Source: Magallana gigas
Taxonomy: Eukaryota
Assembly (NCBI RefSeq): GCF_963853765.1
Contig: NC_088860.1
Location: 13,764,001-13,828,000 of the forward strand
Reading direction: 5' to 3'
DNA: 64,000 bases
Shown here: piece after piece, positions 53,201 to 64,000 of the stretch
Layout: each line of letters opens with the position of its first letter
Position numbering within the stretch: the first letter of the stretch is position 1
Notes under the pieces: model-generated
Seen by the model: only the letters and a program-made list of their open reading frames with translations
Databases searched by the model: none
What the model was told of the DNA's origin: nothing
Program-made: the position numbers and the translations under genes

Positions 53201-56200
53201 CCTGTACAGACACGGGGGCTACCTACAGCTGTACCTGTGATGAAGGATGGACCGGTCCAAATTGCAGTCAAGGTATGACAAAATACTGAAACCATCATTT
53301 TTTTCTATATTGTATGGTTTATACATGTACCAATCATATCGCAAATCAATTGTTTTGGTATTTTTTATGATTAACATAATGATATTTTACAATGTATTTT
53401 GATTTCTGAAGTATGATTGGTAATAAGTATCTATTACCTTTCCTAGATATAAATGAATGCATAACATTAGCACCATGTGCCAACGGAGGAACTTGTCTGA
53501 ATGTTGATGGCTCCTTCCTGTGTACCTGCCCAGTGGGTTGGACGGGAACAACCTGCAAAACAGGTGAAATAGGAACATATAATGTTTATGAGATTGTTCT
53601 CAAACAAATCAAATCTTTATTCTGGAATTCTTGTGTTGTGTTTATTATCATGTTACTTGCCGTTGACAGATATAAACGAGTGCTTAGCATCTCCATGTGT
53701 AAATGGTAACTGTTCCAATACTCTGGGATCCTATACTTGTATCTGTGACGCTGGTTGGACAGGAACAAACTGTAGTCAAGGTAAACTTTCTAAACAATCA
53801 CAATCAAAAATGAAATTGGAAAACGGTGGTAAACTTCATGAAAAAACCTAATTAATATGCTAATCATGTAAAGTTTTTAAATCTATTCACAAACTACATG
53901 TACTTTACAAACTCCTTTCGAATATAACTTTTTAAGTTTTTTTTTCTGTTTGACAAATTAAACGTATTTGTATTACGATTTTATCAATTTTGTTTACAGA
54001 TATTGACGAGTGTCTCCAAACATCGTGTTTCAACAACGGTACATGTGTGAATACCCCCGGCTCCTTTTATTGTCAGTGTCCAATTGGCTTGTCTGGCGCC
54101 AAATGTGATCTTGTTGGTAAGTAGATCTGGAAACAATTTATTATTTTGGTTAAACATATACATGTGTTTTATGAAATAAATTGTCTTTTATCTGTCATTT
54201 TCCTGCAATATCCCAATTTCAGACATAACGGATATAACGCTTGTTTTTGACATCGTCAACTTCCCTTGGGTTGATGATCTTGCTGACAATTCTTCAATAA
54301 TATTTAAAAGTTATGCTGGGCGATTTTGTCGAGATGTAAGTAGTTATTTACATAATAAAACATAATCAAAAGCTACATATTGTAATGTTCCTATTGATTG
54401 TCACGGTTTAAAGTAATGCCTGCCATAATGTGTTCTCTGTTGTTTTATACAGATGGATGTTATCTTTGCCGTTCGGGCGGCTGACTACCCAGGGTACTTG
54501 TATTGTAATGTCGCAGCTTTTGGGTGAGTATTGGGAAGAAACTTGCAGTCTTGCAAGCACTATTTGAAAAATAAATTGAAATTTTGTAAATAAAATTAAC
54601 TGTTTACCTCTTTTAAAGAAAATTTAATATTACGATCAACTTGTCTTTAAATTAATATTCGTCCCGTATTGTTTTTGTTCAAGAGTTTAAAATGATTTTG
54701 TATGTTTTTAACTTTGTCAAAAGTAACCAAAGATAAATTACTTTTTGAACCATTCGCGTTTATAAGTTCGCCCATTTAGGGTTTGAAAAATACAGACGAA
54801 TATAGACCAGGGTCGAAAAAAATGTGTCTCTAATATACTAGTAGTAACGAAAATCTTCTGCAACAATTGTGAAGAGTTTTCGACTCCTTACACCATACTC
54901 ATATATGGCATGTACTTGATTTAAAACATTTTAACTGCAGACAAGACCCTCTGAACATAACTGTGGTCCTAACTTTCGGGGGACACGATTATACCAGTGG
55001 ATTTGAGAAACAGCTACGAGGGGCAATATATGAGACAACAAAGGAATACCGCTATCTTAACTATATTGTCCATTTGATTGGAGACGTCCTCATTGTTTCT
55101 GGCAGAATATCACACGGTAATACCCGTTCTGAATATTTATAAATCAAAAAAAATTGTAGCAAACATACCAAATAAACATTTCAATGTAGCTGTCCAATAT
55201 AAAAAAAATGAAAAAGATTTTTAAAAAAAACAACAACAAATGGATATGTGGACTTTTTTACGATATTATTTCAAATATAATTTTCCTCTGGTAAACTCGT
55301 GATAATAAATTATTATATCCATCTTAATATCAATTATAATCTTTATAGTCCATTTTCTTTATTCACAGATGCCTGGCTCACCAATATGACGATGTACATA
55401 TATGACGACTTCCAGTATAAACCCCAATATTCTGATATGAATTCTACAGAATTTAAAGCTTTTGAGAGTTCATTCTGTGATGATGTAAGAATATAAGCTT
55501 ATTGATGTGTTGAATCAACATTATATTTGAAATATTTATTCAGATTTGTTATGGTTGAAAAGAAAACCCATATCATTTTGTTCTTTTCTTAGATTGACTT
55601 GTTCTTTAAGAACAGTAACCTTACCTCACGATACTATCGATGTTTCTTCGATTATATTGGGTAAGTTTTCTCAAGATCTCTTTTATTTTAAATGAAAATG
55701 TATTTTTGTCTCTAACCATTAACAGATGAACCATAATTCTTCTAAAAGAATTAACTAACATCTTTGAGTGGCAAAATCGAATTCTGTAAAACATGACCTC
55801 CTATTTATCATAATAAATCTAATTTAAAACGGCGGTGTAAATACTGTAAACCACCTATAATCTATTTAATCGACAGGCATATTTGTGGTAATTTTTCTAA
55901 AATACAGATAAAACCGCATTTTTTTTTCTAGAAGAAACATTTGGCATTTCAATTTTGCTTACTTTCAAACTGTCTGTTAAATATGTCCTCCTATTTATTG
56001 TCATCAGTCTGATTTTAACGGTAGTGTGAATACTAACCTATGAACTTTGCGGTATAAAGACTGTTTACCTTTCTGTTTATCTCTGCAGTGCGGTTCGTCC
56101 TCACACTTTGACCTTCATCATGGTGTTCAATGGCACGGACTCGGTGTCACGCGAGCAGACGACAGGCGTGATAAGTGCAGGGGCTCCCCATTATACCGTG

Positions 56201-57769
56201 GAAAACCTAGATCTAATGTTCATTGGCTCCAATTTCTTCTACCTGCACCGAGGATACAACAAAATCGCCATTAACCTTACAGACTTCACCACCACATCAG
56301 CCCCTCCTACCACAGAGAGTCCACGTGCGTTATTTGAACTTTACAGACAAATTGTTTTGCAATTTGTTAAAATCTAATGATTTCTGTAAATTTGTGATAT
56401 AACAATTAATACTTTTCCACTAATCACGTAATCAATCATTTGACCGAAAAAAATTTAATATCACAGCAAGGTTTTGCAATCTGTTAAAATTTAGCGATTT
56501 CACAAAATTTTGCTAAAATTAGTTTAATACATTTCCGCTCGACCCATCGTCAAATTCATTTGACTGAAAACAAGTGTTCACCAACCTTATATCCATCTGA
56601 TTTGTTATCTTTCAGTGAAGACGCTGATTAATATAACATTTGTACTGAAGAATCTGACATATACTAATCAGCTGGCAAACACGGAATCCCAGGAGTTCAA
56701 ATCACTGGCGATACCATTCTGTGGTTATGTACGCCCAACTCTTACATTTTCAAATTAAATTAATTTCTCTCCAAGTGATGTGTATGCAGTCTGCAGTATT
56801 ACCACTGTTTCTGGTTTTTTTTCAGTTAACCGACTTGTACTCCACTCGAGACAGATTTAAATACATCTATGAACTATGCCAGGTTATGGCATTTGTGTAA
56901 GTGTTTCAACTTTAGATTTGTCACTATATATTTTTAATGTCTATATATATACTTTCATAATCACGCACTAAATTCGAGTAATAATTTACTTCTCCTTTTT
57001 AAGCCAAGAGGGTGGAAAGGACAAGATCAACTTCATCCTACAATTCAAGGGTGCTCAAGATCCCACATTACAAGAATTCATTTATGGAATTCTAATCGAA
57101 AACGCTCCTAGAGCGATTGTAAATGGAGAAATCTCCATCATCGTGGGTCCGCTAGCTGTGTTTGATGATTCTCTAGCCATCAACCAGGCCACTGTCACAT
57201 ATTCTCTGCCACCAGGTAAGTAGAGCGCTGCAGACTTAAAACAAGGATAGAATCTTTTGTAGAGACGTTTGCTTCGCTTTTAATTAACTTTTGTTGTACA
57301 TGAGGCCTACGTCACAGTAAAATTTTTGATATCATGAGAAAATGTTACTATATTTATGAATCCATGAATTGTGCAATTAGGGAACATTAATGGTTAAAAC
57401 AATATCTTAATTTTGAAATCAAGATATAAGAATAATAAATGGTTAAAACAATATCTAAATTTTGAAATCATGAAATAAGAATAAATATCTTTCGAACAAT
57501 ATTGAAGCAACTTGAAACCGTTCATAGTTGGTGCTGATGTTATTTTAATAGAGTCCACCACGCCCAGTTCTCCGCTGACCGCGGCACCCCTCGTGACTGA
57601 CCCTTGTAAAGACGCACCAGACAACGCATATCTCCCCGTTCCCGGAAAATGTCATCAGTTCTATAAATGTTCTTTTGGAATTTCCTACATGTTCGAATGT
57701 CCAGGTAACACTGTATTTTTCCAGGACAGAAACCAATGTGATAACAACGATGGTACAATTAAATGTTAA
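32220..57769 (+). CDS. Giant type II membrane protein: TM - SEA - 54 EGF - SEA x3 - chitin-binding CBM14; ~2,800 aa, 64-65 exons (would probably be auto-annotated fibropellin- or Notch-like)
   Basis: Phase-consistent exons: 32220-32339, 35047-35425, 36663-36698, 36862-36974, 37198-37256, (37376-37420), 37725-37900; 48 EGF exons 38006-54116; 54223-54335, 54453-54523, 54941-55116, 55369-55484, 55593-55660, 56089-56324, 56616-56728, 56826-56896, 57004-57215, 57552-57769 (in-frame alternative acceptor at 57528). No stop or frameshift in the join (8400 nt without the 45-nt exon). Confidence 0.88.
32450..32970 (+). repeat. Ancient ~135-140-bp tandem repeat in the first coding intron
   Basis: ggttga(t/a)(g/t)cca(a/t)a recurs near 32518, 32658, 32795 and 32923; gtgtcc.tac...gatg(t/c)tg.tagg recurs near 32570, 32840 and 32940. 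Confidence 0.45.
35047..35425 (+). CDS. Exon encoding the cytoplasmic tail and type II signal-anchor helix
   Basis: [14 protein letters not shown] precedes [27 protein letters not shown]; positive-inside rule gives N-in/C-out; no N-terminal signal peptide (protein starts with acidic [15 protein letters not shown]). Confidence 0.88.
36006..36487. mobile_element. Non-autonomous DNA transposon, Kolobok-like, copy 2
   Basis: ttaa|aagggacttggacatg ... cgtgtttaagtcc; internal inverted repeat gtaaacaaagctcgagtct / agactcgagctttgtttac; homologous to 3245-3745. Confidence 0.62.
36862..37900 (+). CDS. SEA-like domain 1 (juxtamembrane), 3-4 exons
   Basis: [38 protein letters not shown]|[19 protein letters not shown]...|[15 protein letters not shown]: beta-strand, Y..D+.N.NS.DF helix signature typical of SEA domains. 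Family call from motif recognition only. Confidence 0.72.
38006..54116 (+). CDS. Array of 54 tandem EGF-like modules on 48 exons
   Basis: Exon starts: 38006, 38229, 38481, 38994, 39471, 39743, 40013, 40333, 40601, 41520, 41896, 42350, 42621, 42910, 43210, 43519, 43897, 44220, 44445, 44898, 45363, 45590, 45913, 46373, 46602, 46843, 47060, 47311 (7 modules), 48262, 48470, 48726, 49024, 49959, 50161, 50393, 50701, 50997, 51351, 51710, 51955, 52236, 52469, 52678, 52954, 53162, 53447, 53670, 54000. Single-module exons are 111, 114 or 117 nt, all phase 1-1, six Cys each, mostly D(I/V)(N/D)EC...C.N..GS(Y/F).C.C..GW.G..C. Confidence 0.95.
41155..41470 (-). mobile_element. Dispersed hairpin element, copy 2, in the intron between EGF exons 9 and 10
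   Basis: Reverse complement of 25957-26280 with few substitutions. Confidence 0.8.
47311..48117 (+). CDS. 807-nt exon encoding EGF modules 28-34 without introns
   Basis: Within ORF 47292-48173; acceptor ctttcttcag|, donor ATAG|GTAAC; 39+38+39+38+39+38+38 = 269 aa = 807 nt. Confidence 0.95.
49129..49520 (+). repeat. ~100-bp degenerate tandem repeat (3-4 units) containing the exon end and donor site
   Basis: gacattggt at 49131, 49235 and 49333, each followed by (a/c)(g/c)tgtca.tagat...gcatgaatctgttgt.gctt. Confidence 0.75.
54223..57215 (+). CDS. SEA-like domains 2, 3 and 4 with Ser/Thr/Pro linkers
   Basis: [38 protein letters not shown]; [39 protein letters not shown]; [38 protein letters not shown]; each followed by a 68-71 nt exon and a longer third exon; [12 protein letters not shown] linker after SEA3. 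Confidence 0.75.
57389..57484 (+). repeat. 49-bp tandem duplication in the last intron
   Basis: aatggttaaaacaatatct.aattttgaaatca.ga.ataagaata x2. Confidence 0.8.
57552..57769 (+). CDS. Terminal exon: S/T/P linker plus chitin-binding type-2 (peritrophin-A/CBM14) domain
   Basis: [54 protein letters not shown]: C-x14-C-x5-C-x9-C-x12-C-x8-C with aromatics in FYKC and TVF, fitting the peritrophin-A consensus. Confidence 0.9.
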
Positions 57770-58378
57770 ATGTTAATCATTAGAACAAGTGTTCTTGGTT
57801 GAGAAATCCATTCTCATGGACTCATTTTTTAGTATTTATTCAATTTTCATGTTGACGTCATCGCATCATGTTTTTTTGTCATAATAATTGGTTTTATTTT
57901 GTTAACGTCTGCTTATAAGTGCCGACGTGTGCTTTTAAATTGGCTTTATATACAATTGTATATATGTATTGCACAAACTCGTGCTATTTTTGTTATGACT
58001 CAAATATTCTCATGTTTTACGTCAGATTCTTTTACATATTGGACACAAATAAATCAAGATACATTTAACGCTGTTGATCTTGTTCATTCTAAGCGTTGAT
58101 TTAGAGTTTTCTGATAGTTCAATATGGAATTTTTTGCGGAGTGATCTGTGTCATAACTGAGAGTTATTTTAAGATTCAGAAGGAAAGTATACAATTTTTT
58201 TAAAGGTATCTCTTTGTATAAAAAGCATAATCATTGCACAATTTATTAATTGCCACTCGTTTAAATCTTGTCCCTAAGAGCAATCCCGGTAGCGTGTTGA
58301 AGGTACATATTTGTGTCACACTTAATATTTTTAAATATTAAGATTGCTTTTGTTTTGTATTCAGATACATTGCTGGTA

Positions 58379-58618
58379 AATAAAAGACGGAAGTTAAAAA
58401 ATAAGATTTGACTAGATAATGTATCATGGGGCGTTCAATGCTCATGTTAGAAATGAACATATGATTTGTTTTTGATTTTGGACATATATTTTGTATACAA
58501 GCTGTTGAAAAGCTGTTGTATCTTGTGTTGGGGGGGTCTATTTCTGGTATAATGAATACTATTATGTATGAAATATTTAAATACCTCCCCTACTCAAGGA
58601 CATTTAGCAGTCAATAAA
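58379..58618 (+). terminator. Candidate polyadenylation signals of the EGF/SEA/CBM14 gene
   Basis: AATAAA at 58379-58384 and 58613-58618 downstream of the stop; AT-rich background makes chance hits likely. Confidence 0.35.
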
Positions 58619-60298
58619 AGTACATGGACGAGCGTGGAAGTCTTTACCAAAGTTATAGAATTCATTACCAGTGTTTTTGTTTGGATTTAGCATCGGTGAG
58701 GGGTATTGTTGGTATTATTATATTTACGCTTTAAAAACATTAAAATATTCCCTGATAGTTTTGTGTGAAATTAAGAACAGGACAATTTTCACGTGTATGA
58801 AGCATATCGTCAAATATGTTTCCGACTTTTTTTTTAATTTGTCAAATAAATTGTATACTCTTGAATTCACCACATAAGCTGATGACATGCACTTTTATTC
58901 ATACATGATGACAACTCTAATTATTCTTCGGACAGTGCTTCTTAGTGTTTTAGCATACATGTTTACCAACAGCGGTGAAAAAAGGTAGATTTAGAACCCA
59001 AAAGGGTAGCATTGTGCGCAGGTTTTTAACCATATACATGTATTTTAAGTGCGTATTTTAATATTATATACATGTATATGTAGATAGGGTTTCTGTTTAG
59101 TAATTGAGGATATCAACTTTTCAACTAAAATAAAACAAAGACTTAGGCCATATCAACACAGGAAACAAAATTATGCATGCATCTACTGTCAACTGATTGA
59201 ACGTTTTTTGGAGGAATAAAAGTTTTTTAGCAATTGCCATGGTTCAGTAAAAAAGGTTAAGTGCCAAAATTGAACGAATATGAGAAGTAAAAACTAGTAG
59301 TTAATCGTATATACCTTTTCAGTATTAAAAAATGATGTTTACATGCTTAACACAAATCATGCAGTGTTGCAATAAAATTCAAGTTAAAAGTTATTTTTGG
59401 TTATCATTGGAGGTAGGTGTGGAATAGCAAAGCTTCTTTTTTTTTCTTGGTAAGGATAATATTTACATGTCTCGTTACTAATGCAATCGCTAGAAATGAG
59501 AGTACCAAACTCCCGGATGTTTATATCAAAGAAAAGGTATATTGTAATAAGGAATAAAGGAATCTTTTAAATTAATGATGGAATGGAGGATTATTTTAAA
59601 AAATATAGCAACTCTAGAAAAAGTTGCGAGGAAGGGGGTTGATAATTTAAAAAAAAACCCTACATTTGCTGCCGATCGCTGTAAGTTGTAAGCAACTGTA
59701 AATTCTATCTGTAAACGTCAGGGGACCCCTTTTTTCTTTTTGTTATTTTCTGAAAGGGCTTAGATTGAAGTTTCAAAATGAAATGATACCAAATATTTGA
59801 CTGAAACTATCATAGTAAAGTACTGGAAAGGCATAACGTTTGTATGGGGTTGTATGGGAAATAATTGACACTCTTTTCTCGGAAGTGTAATCTTTCATCG
59901 TTTGATGTAAAATACATGCTTGACATCCTATAACTCATCAGACTTCAAAAAGCGTTTGTATGCTCCCGATTCAAGTCATACACTAATTTTAAACCCGACG
60001 AGATTTTTGGATCACAAAGGCATCCAAAATTGCTATCTATCAAAACAACGAACATATTTGTAGCGGTAGATTTTCGAATAAAAGTGGTAGGCGGAAGACA
60101 GAGTAAAAAGTAGTAGACTTCCGCGTAAAGCGGTAGAGTTAACATTTATGGTTATAGTAACACCCCTTCACAGATATTTCATGAATTAGTCTACAATATT
60201 ATCCAAAATAATGTTCATATCTGCATAACCTACTATCTATTCATTTCCATGGTTCATAATTTTAAAAGATGGATTTCTTATTTAATGCTATTGATAGG

Positions 60299-60965
60299 TA
60301 CGAAAGACGAATAGGGCCACATAAATTTTTTTTTATCTCGTAATTACGAGAAAGATCTCGTTATTACGAGTTAATTTCCTCGTTATTACGAGAAAAGATT
60401 TACATATAATGGTACGTTTCTGAAAAGACGTGGTCCACCCTTTTAATCTATCTTTTTCTTCCCAGAAACGTTAATTGAATTTTTATTAATTTTTAAATAA
60501 CAACGGCCATTATTCATTAATTTTTACATAAAATGATCGGATTTGACATTTTATCTTATATGAATAAGTGGAAAGTACTTCATGTAATTCTACTTTTCAT
60601 CTAATCCCACTCCGAAGTAAAAACCAGGTAGTCCTAGTCGTAAAAACAATTCTATTTGTTACAGATTACTTAAATGACTATAGATATACAGGATTTATCC
60701 AAATTGTGTGTTATATGTTCATACACAACCTTAACGTATATCGAAAATAATTGACTTTGTATATTAACATTTTGGAGTCTGAAAACAAATTACATCTATC
60801 CTTCTTATTAGTAAATAGTTCAATTTTATTAATCAATCTGTTTTGCTCCTTCTTCTGAAATTTCTTTAAAAATGCTCGGTCCGATTTGTGTATGCTAATA
60901 GCGAGAGCTTTTCTCGTAATTAGGAGACAAACATATTTTTATGTGTTCCCTTTTCGTCTTTCGTA
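60299..60965. mobile_element. Tc1/mariner-type MITE (667 bp)
   Basis: TA-bounded TIRs tacgaaagacgaatagggccacataaa / ttttatgtgttcccttttcgtctttcgta; subterminal ctcgt(a/t)attacgag palindromic repeats. Confidence 0.78.
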
Positions 60966-61828
60966 GATACTAGAGCCGAATTGCAAAACTTTCTCACATA
61001 GAAAAAATGGACCTTGAAAATCAAAGGTCCTTGTTTACAATGTACAATGTAAAGTTTCAGTGTACCTCAAAAGGTGACTAAACAAACGATTTAGATCATT
61101 CTTCTTTACTTAATATGTAAAAATGTGTGTATTCGTCTGATTTCGTCAATAAAAAATAAATATTAACATTCCTCAATAAAAATAACGATTGTCGATAATT
61201 GCTAACTTCTTTCCGTATATACACATACACATGTAGACATAATAATTTAAAAAAAAAATGTTTTATTTCCGTACATTTACATCCGTTGAGTTTTCTCTCT
61301 TCTATTCAGCAAACTGATTTTGACTCATACATGTGCATGTTTACAAACTAAAAGAAATGACCAATACTTAAAACGTTTAAATTCTAAAATGCCTTTAAAT
61401 CACAGGCGCACGAGGTTAAAAGCATTAAAGTATTCCCTGTACTAGAGTTATAACAAGGGTCGTCCCAGTCTCCATTTAAGATTTCTTTTAATCAAACGTT
61501 GTTTAAGACTGCATCACAATTCTAAAACATCTCGAAAGTGTTAATATAGTTTAGATTGCTTGAATACTTTCGATTACACGGTCTTAAATTAAATATCTGT
61601 CATCCGAAATTTGATATATAATTAAAGCTTTTTATGTGAATGATGAATCAAAATGCTTCCTTAAAAATATCTTAAAATCGATCCTACACAATACCCCATT
61701 AAGTTTCAATTATATATAAATCTTCCCTAACGTTATTGATATTCAAAACATCTCCGTATTTTCCTTGTTAAATACATTTTAAAATCAGATTAAAAACTAA
61801 GATTTTTTAAATGTTTATCAAAATAAGT

Positions 61829-62061
61829 GTCACCTGATGAGATTTCTTTTCAGATCTCTTTCAATGTAACCTGATGAGATCTCTTTGTAGGTCACCTAGT
61901 AAGATCTCTTTCAAGGTCACCTTGTGAGATTTCTTTCAAGGTCATTTGATGAAATCTCTTTCAAGGTCACCTGATGAGATCTCTTTCAAGATCACCTGAT
62001 GAGATCTCTTTTCAGATCTCTTTAAGGTCACATGATAAGATATCTTTGAGGATCACCTGAG
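61829..62061 (+). repeat. 25-bp minisatellite, ~9 units
   Basis: Consensus GTCACCTGATGAGATCTCTTTCAAG, head-to-tail, with two units carrying an extra ttcagatctcttt. Confidence 0.9.
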
Positions 62062-63083
62062 TGATATTATGCAATCTGTGTTTGGCCATTGTCGCTTGCC
62101 GGTCGTTAACATACTTCCCTCCTTCTCAAATACTACATGTCTTTTGTTAGGGAAAATGCTCTATTTCTCGAATAATGAATACTTCTTTATGAAATATTTC
62201 CTTAAAACACTGCTCTGATGTAGTTCCTTTGTTCCAGTAGTCTAAACGCTTATCTGGTATTAGCGAGCTTCTTAATATCAGAACGTTACCAGTGGTTACA
62301 GTACTGATACCCTTCAAAGTCGGAGTCTCTCGGATAAATCAACGGAATTCAATGGCAGTGCTTTAGTATGACACATGTCTCAAACACTTCTGTGTGAAAA
62401 AATATCAGAGCTCGACCCTAAATGGCCTCGAAACTGGTATTTTTCATACAGAATTTTTTTTATTGTAGGCAATCAAAGAACATGGACGAGCGAGGAATAT
62501 TAATTATATACCAAAGCTTTTTTTTTTTTAGCTTAAAACGTGAATCTCGAAACTTGCACCAATTCGTATTGCTTTATAAATTCTTTTTCTTTAGGATCTC
62601 ACATCCAGTTTAATTTTTTTTACGTCTTTATCAACAAATTTTATCTTTTTCCCGCGTAAACATCCAAAAGTGATATCTCATTTGCTTTTCCAATAACCAA
62701 TCGTATGGCAAAGATCTCACGTCTGTACTTTTGCTTTCTGCAGAAGCCAATGTGTTGTCCCGATTTTGACTGTTAACGCGAGAAATCAACAAGTTTGTTT
62801 ATGTTGGTATAAAACAGAACTAAACCAGAGTTGATACTTCAAAAAGAATCATTAATAAACTTTTTAAAGAAATACGAATCGGTGCATATGTCTTGTTAAT
62901 TCTTGAGAAATGAGCTGATGAAGCGAAGATGGTACCCAAGATGGCGTTATCCCGTGTAATTTTTCCTCCGAGGTAGCCTACACATTTTTTTATCGATTTT
63001 TATTTTTGTGGTTTGATCGATAAAAAAATAGTCCACGCGAAATCAACATCACACATAGGTACAAAAAAGACTTCAAAGAATGG

Positions 63084-63115
<32 letters not shown>

Positions 63116-63445
63116 TCAATTTTAAAGCTTTAAATTGAAGTTAAATTTAAATTGGCTTAACAATTCAATTAAAAGCAGTTTTTAGAATTTAAAGAAATAC
63201 ATATATTCATACCCGCACATGAAGTAGTCTTAATGAATCTTTATCATTATATCTCATATAATATAGAGGGAAACTACGAAGTGGGTATAAATATTTTGAT
63301 GTTACTTGATTAATACGTATGTCACGAAAGCCGTCGTGACTGTTCAGTCCAACACAACAAGATTCGAATCCTATTTACATTTTTTTATATAAAATAAAAT
63401 CAAACAAATATATATAATTTATACATAGCAAGAACAATAAAATGT

Positions 63446-64000
63446 TTAAGTTTTCTGTTGTCCCAAGTCTCCTTCACGGGCATGTTGAATAGGAGTGGGT
63501 AGATATGGCATGGCGTGAGACAGTGGCGGACAGGTATAACCACGGCGATGGACTGCAAGAAACTGGATAGGGACCTTATTAAATTAAACAAATAAACATA
63601 TTTTGAGTTACATGATTAATATACCTTACATAAACATAGGCTAAGTCGCACGGACTTCAATATAACATTATGGCAACAACAGCACGCCATACAATAGCAG
63701 TTCTACCTCGTAAAACCAGTATATCAAAAGTAACAAAAAATACTTAATATAAACTCCACAGTAATGTAAAAAGACTGAGCCGTAGTTAAATTACAAAAGT
63801 ATAAAATAGTTTAACTTACCCCTAATAGGAGAAAGGGTTACTCAAAACCTTAGCTGCTCATACCTGTCATGTAGAAAACGTGGTCACTGTCTGCTAGGTC
63901 TGCAATGCGGCAGTTTAAATAAAGTAATCAAACAATAGAAAAGAGCTGACCAATACGTACTGTAGCTGACACCGTGTCCAGAGAGGTACACTACGGGTAA
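63446..64000 (-). CDS. 3' end of an unidentified gene (three small exons), convergent with the EGF gene
   Basis: complement(63961->64000, 63864-63899, 63446-63552) joins in phase 1 with GT-AG sites to LPVVYLSGHGVSY-NLADSDHVFYMT-VHRRGYTCPPLSHAMPYLPTPIQHAREGDLGQQKT*. One intron is only 61 nt; product not recognised. Confidence 0.5.

Noticed and set aside
38403-53768. Many minus-strand and off-frame ORFs over the EGF exons (e.g. 47492-47824, 47326-47595, 39451-39891)
   Set aside because: Shadows of Cys/Gly-rich coding exons; no splice structure or recognisable product.
38006-54116. Calling the EGF gene Notch, fibrillin, fibropellin or Crumbs
   Set aside because: No LNR/ankyrin, TB, CUB/avidin or laminin-G domains; the TM is N-terminal and the C-terminus is CBM14.
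61829-62061. CRISPR-like array
   Set aside because: Units are head-to-tail with no unique spacers, no cas genes, eukaryotic context.
1-64000. tRNA, rRNA or snoRNA genes
   Set aside because: No cloverleaf with A/B boxes or rRNA-like sequence seen by eye; a covariance-model scan would be needed to exclude them.

Overview
Eukaryotic, AT-rich, intron-rich genomic DNA. The repeat landscape looks like an oyster or other bivalve mollusc (inference). Two complete multi-exon genes lie head-to-head and the 3' end of a third enters at the right edge. (1) Minus strand, 21662->846: a 17-coding-exon cytosolic phospholipase A2 (PLA2G4A-like, 907 aa as assembled by hand) with intact C2 and catalytic motifs and a ~130-aa C-terminal extension ending in FFAT-like motifs. 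(2) Plus strand, 32220->57769: a ~2,800-aa, 64-65-exon type II membrane protein with the order cytoplasmic tail, signal anchor, SEA, 54 tandem EGF modules (mostly Ca2+-binding), three more SEA domains and a C-terminal chitin-binding peritrophin-A (CBM14) domain. I do not recognise a named family with this architecture; it looks like a long cell-to-chitin tether or sensor and is the main lead here. (3) Three small minus-strand exons of an unidentified gene at 63446-64000. Introns and intergenic DNA carry a 5'-truncated RTE LINE with its TSD, several MITE and foldback families (including two ~90-100 bp elements with perfect 8-bp TSDs), a 100-bp spacerless palindrome, micro- and minisatellites, and one assembly gap. 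All exon boundaries were read by eye from GT/AG sites and frame continuity; no database searches were run.
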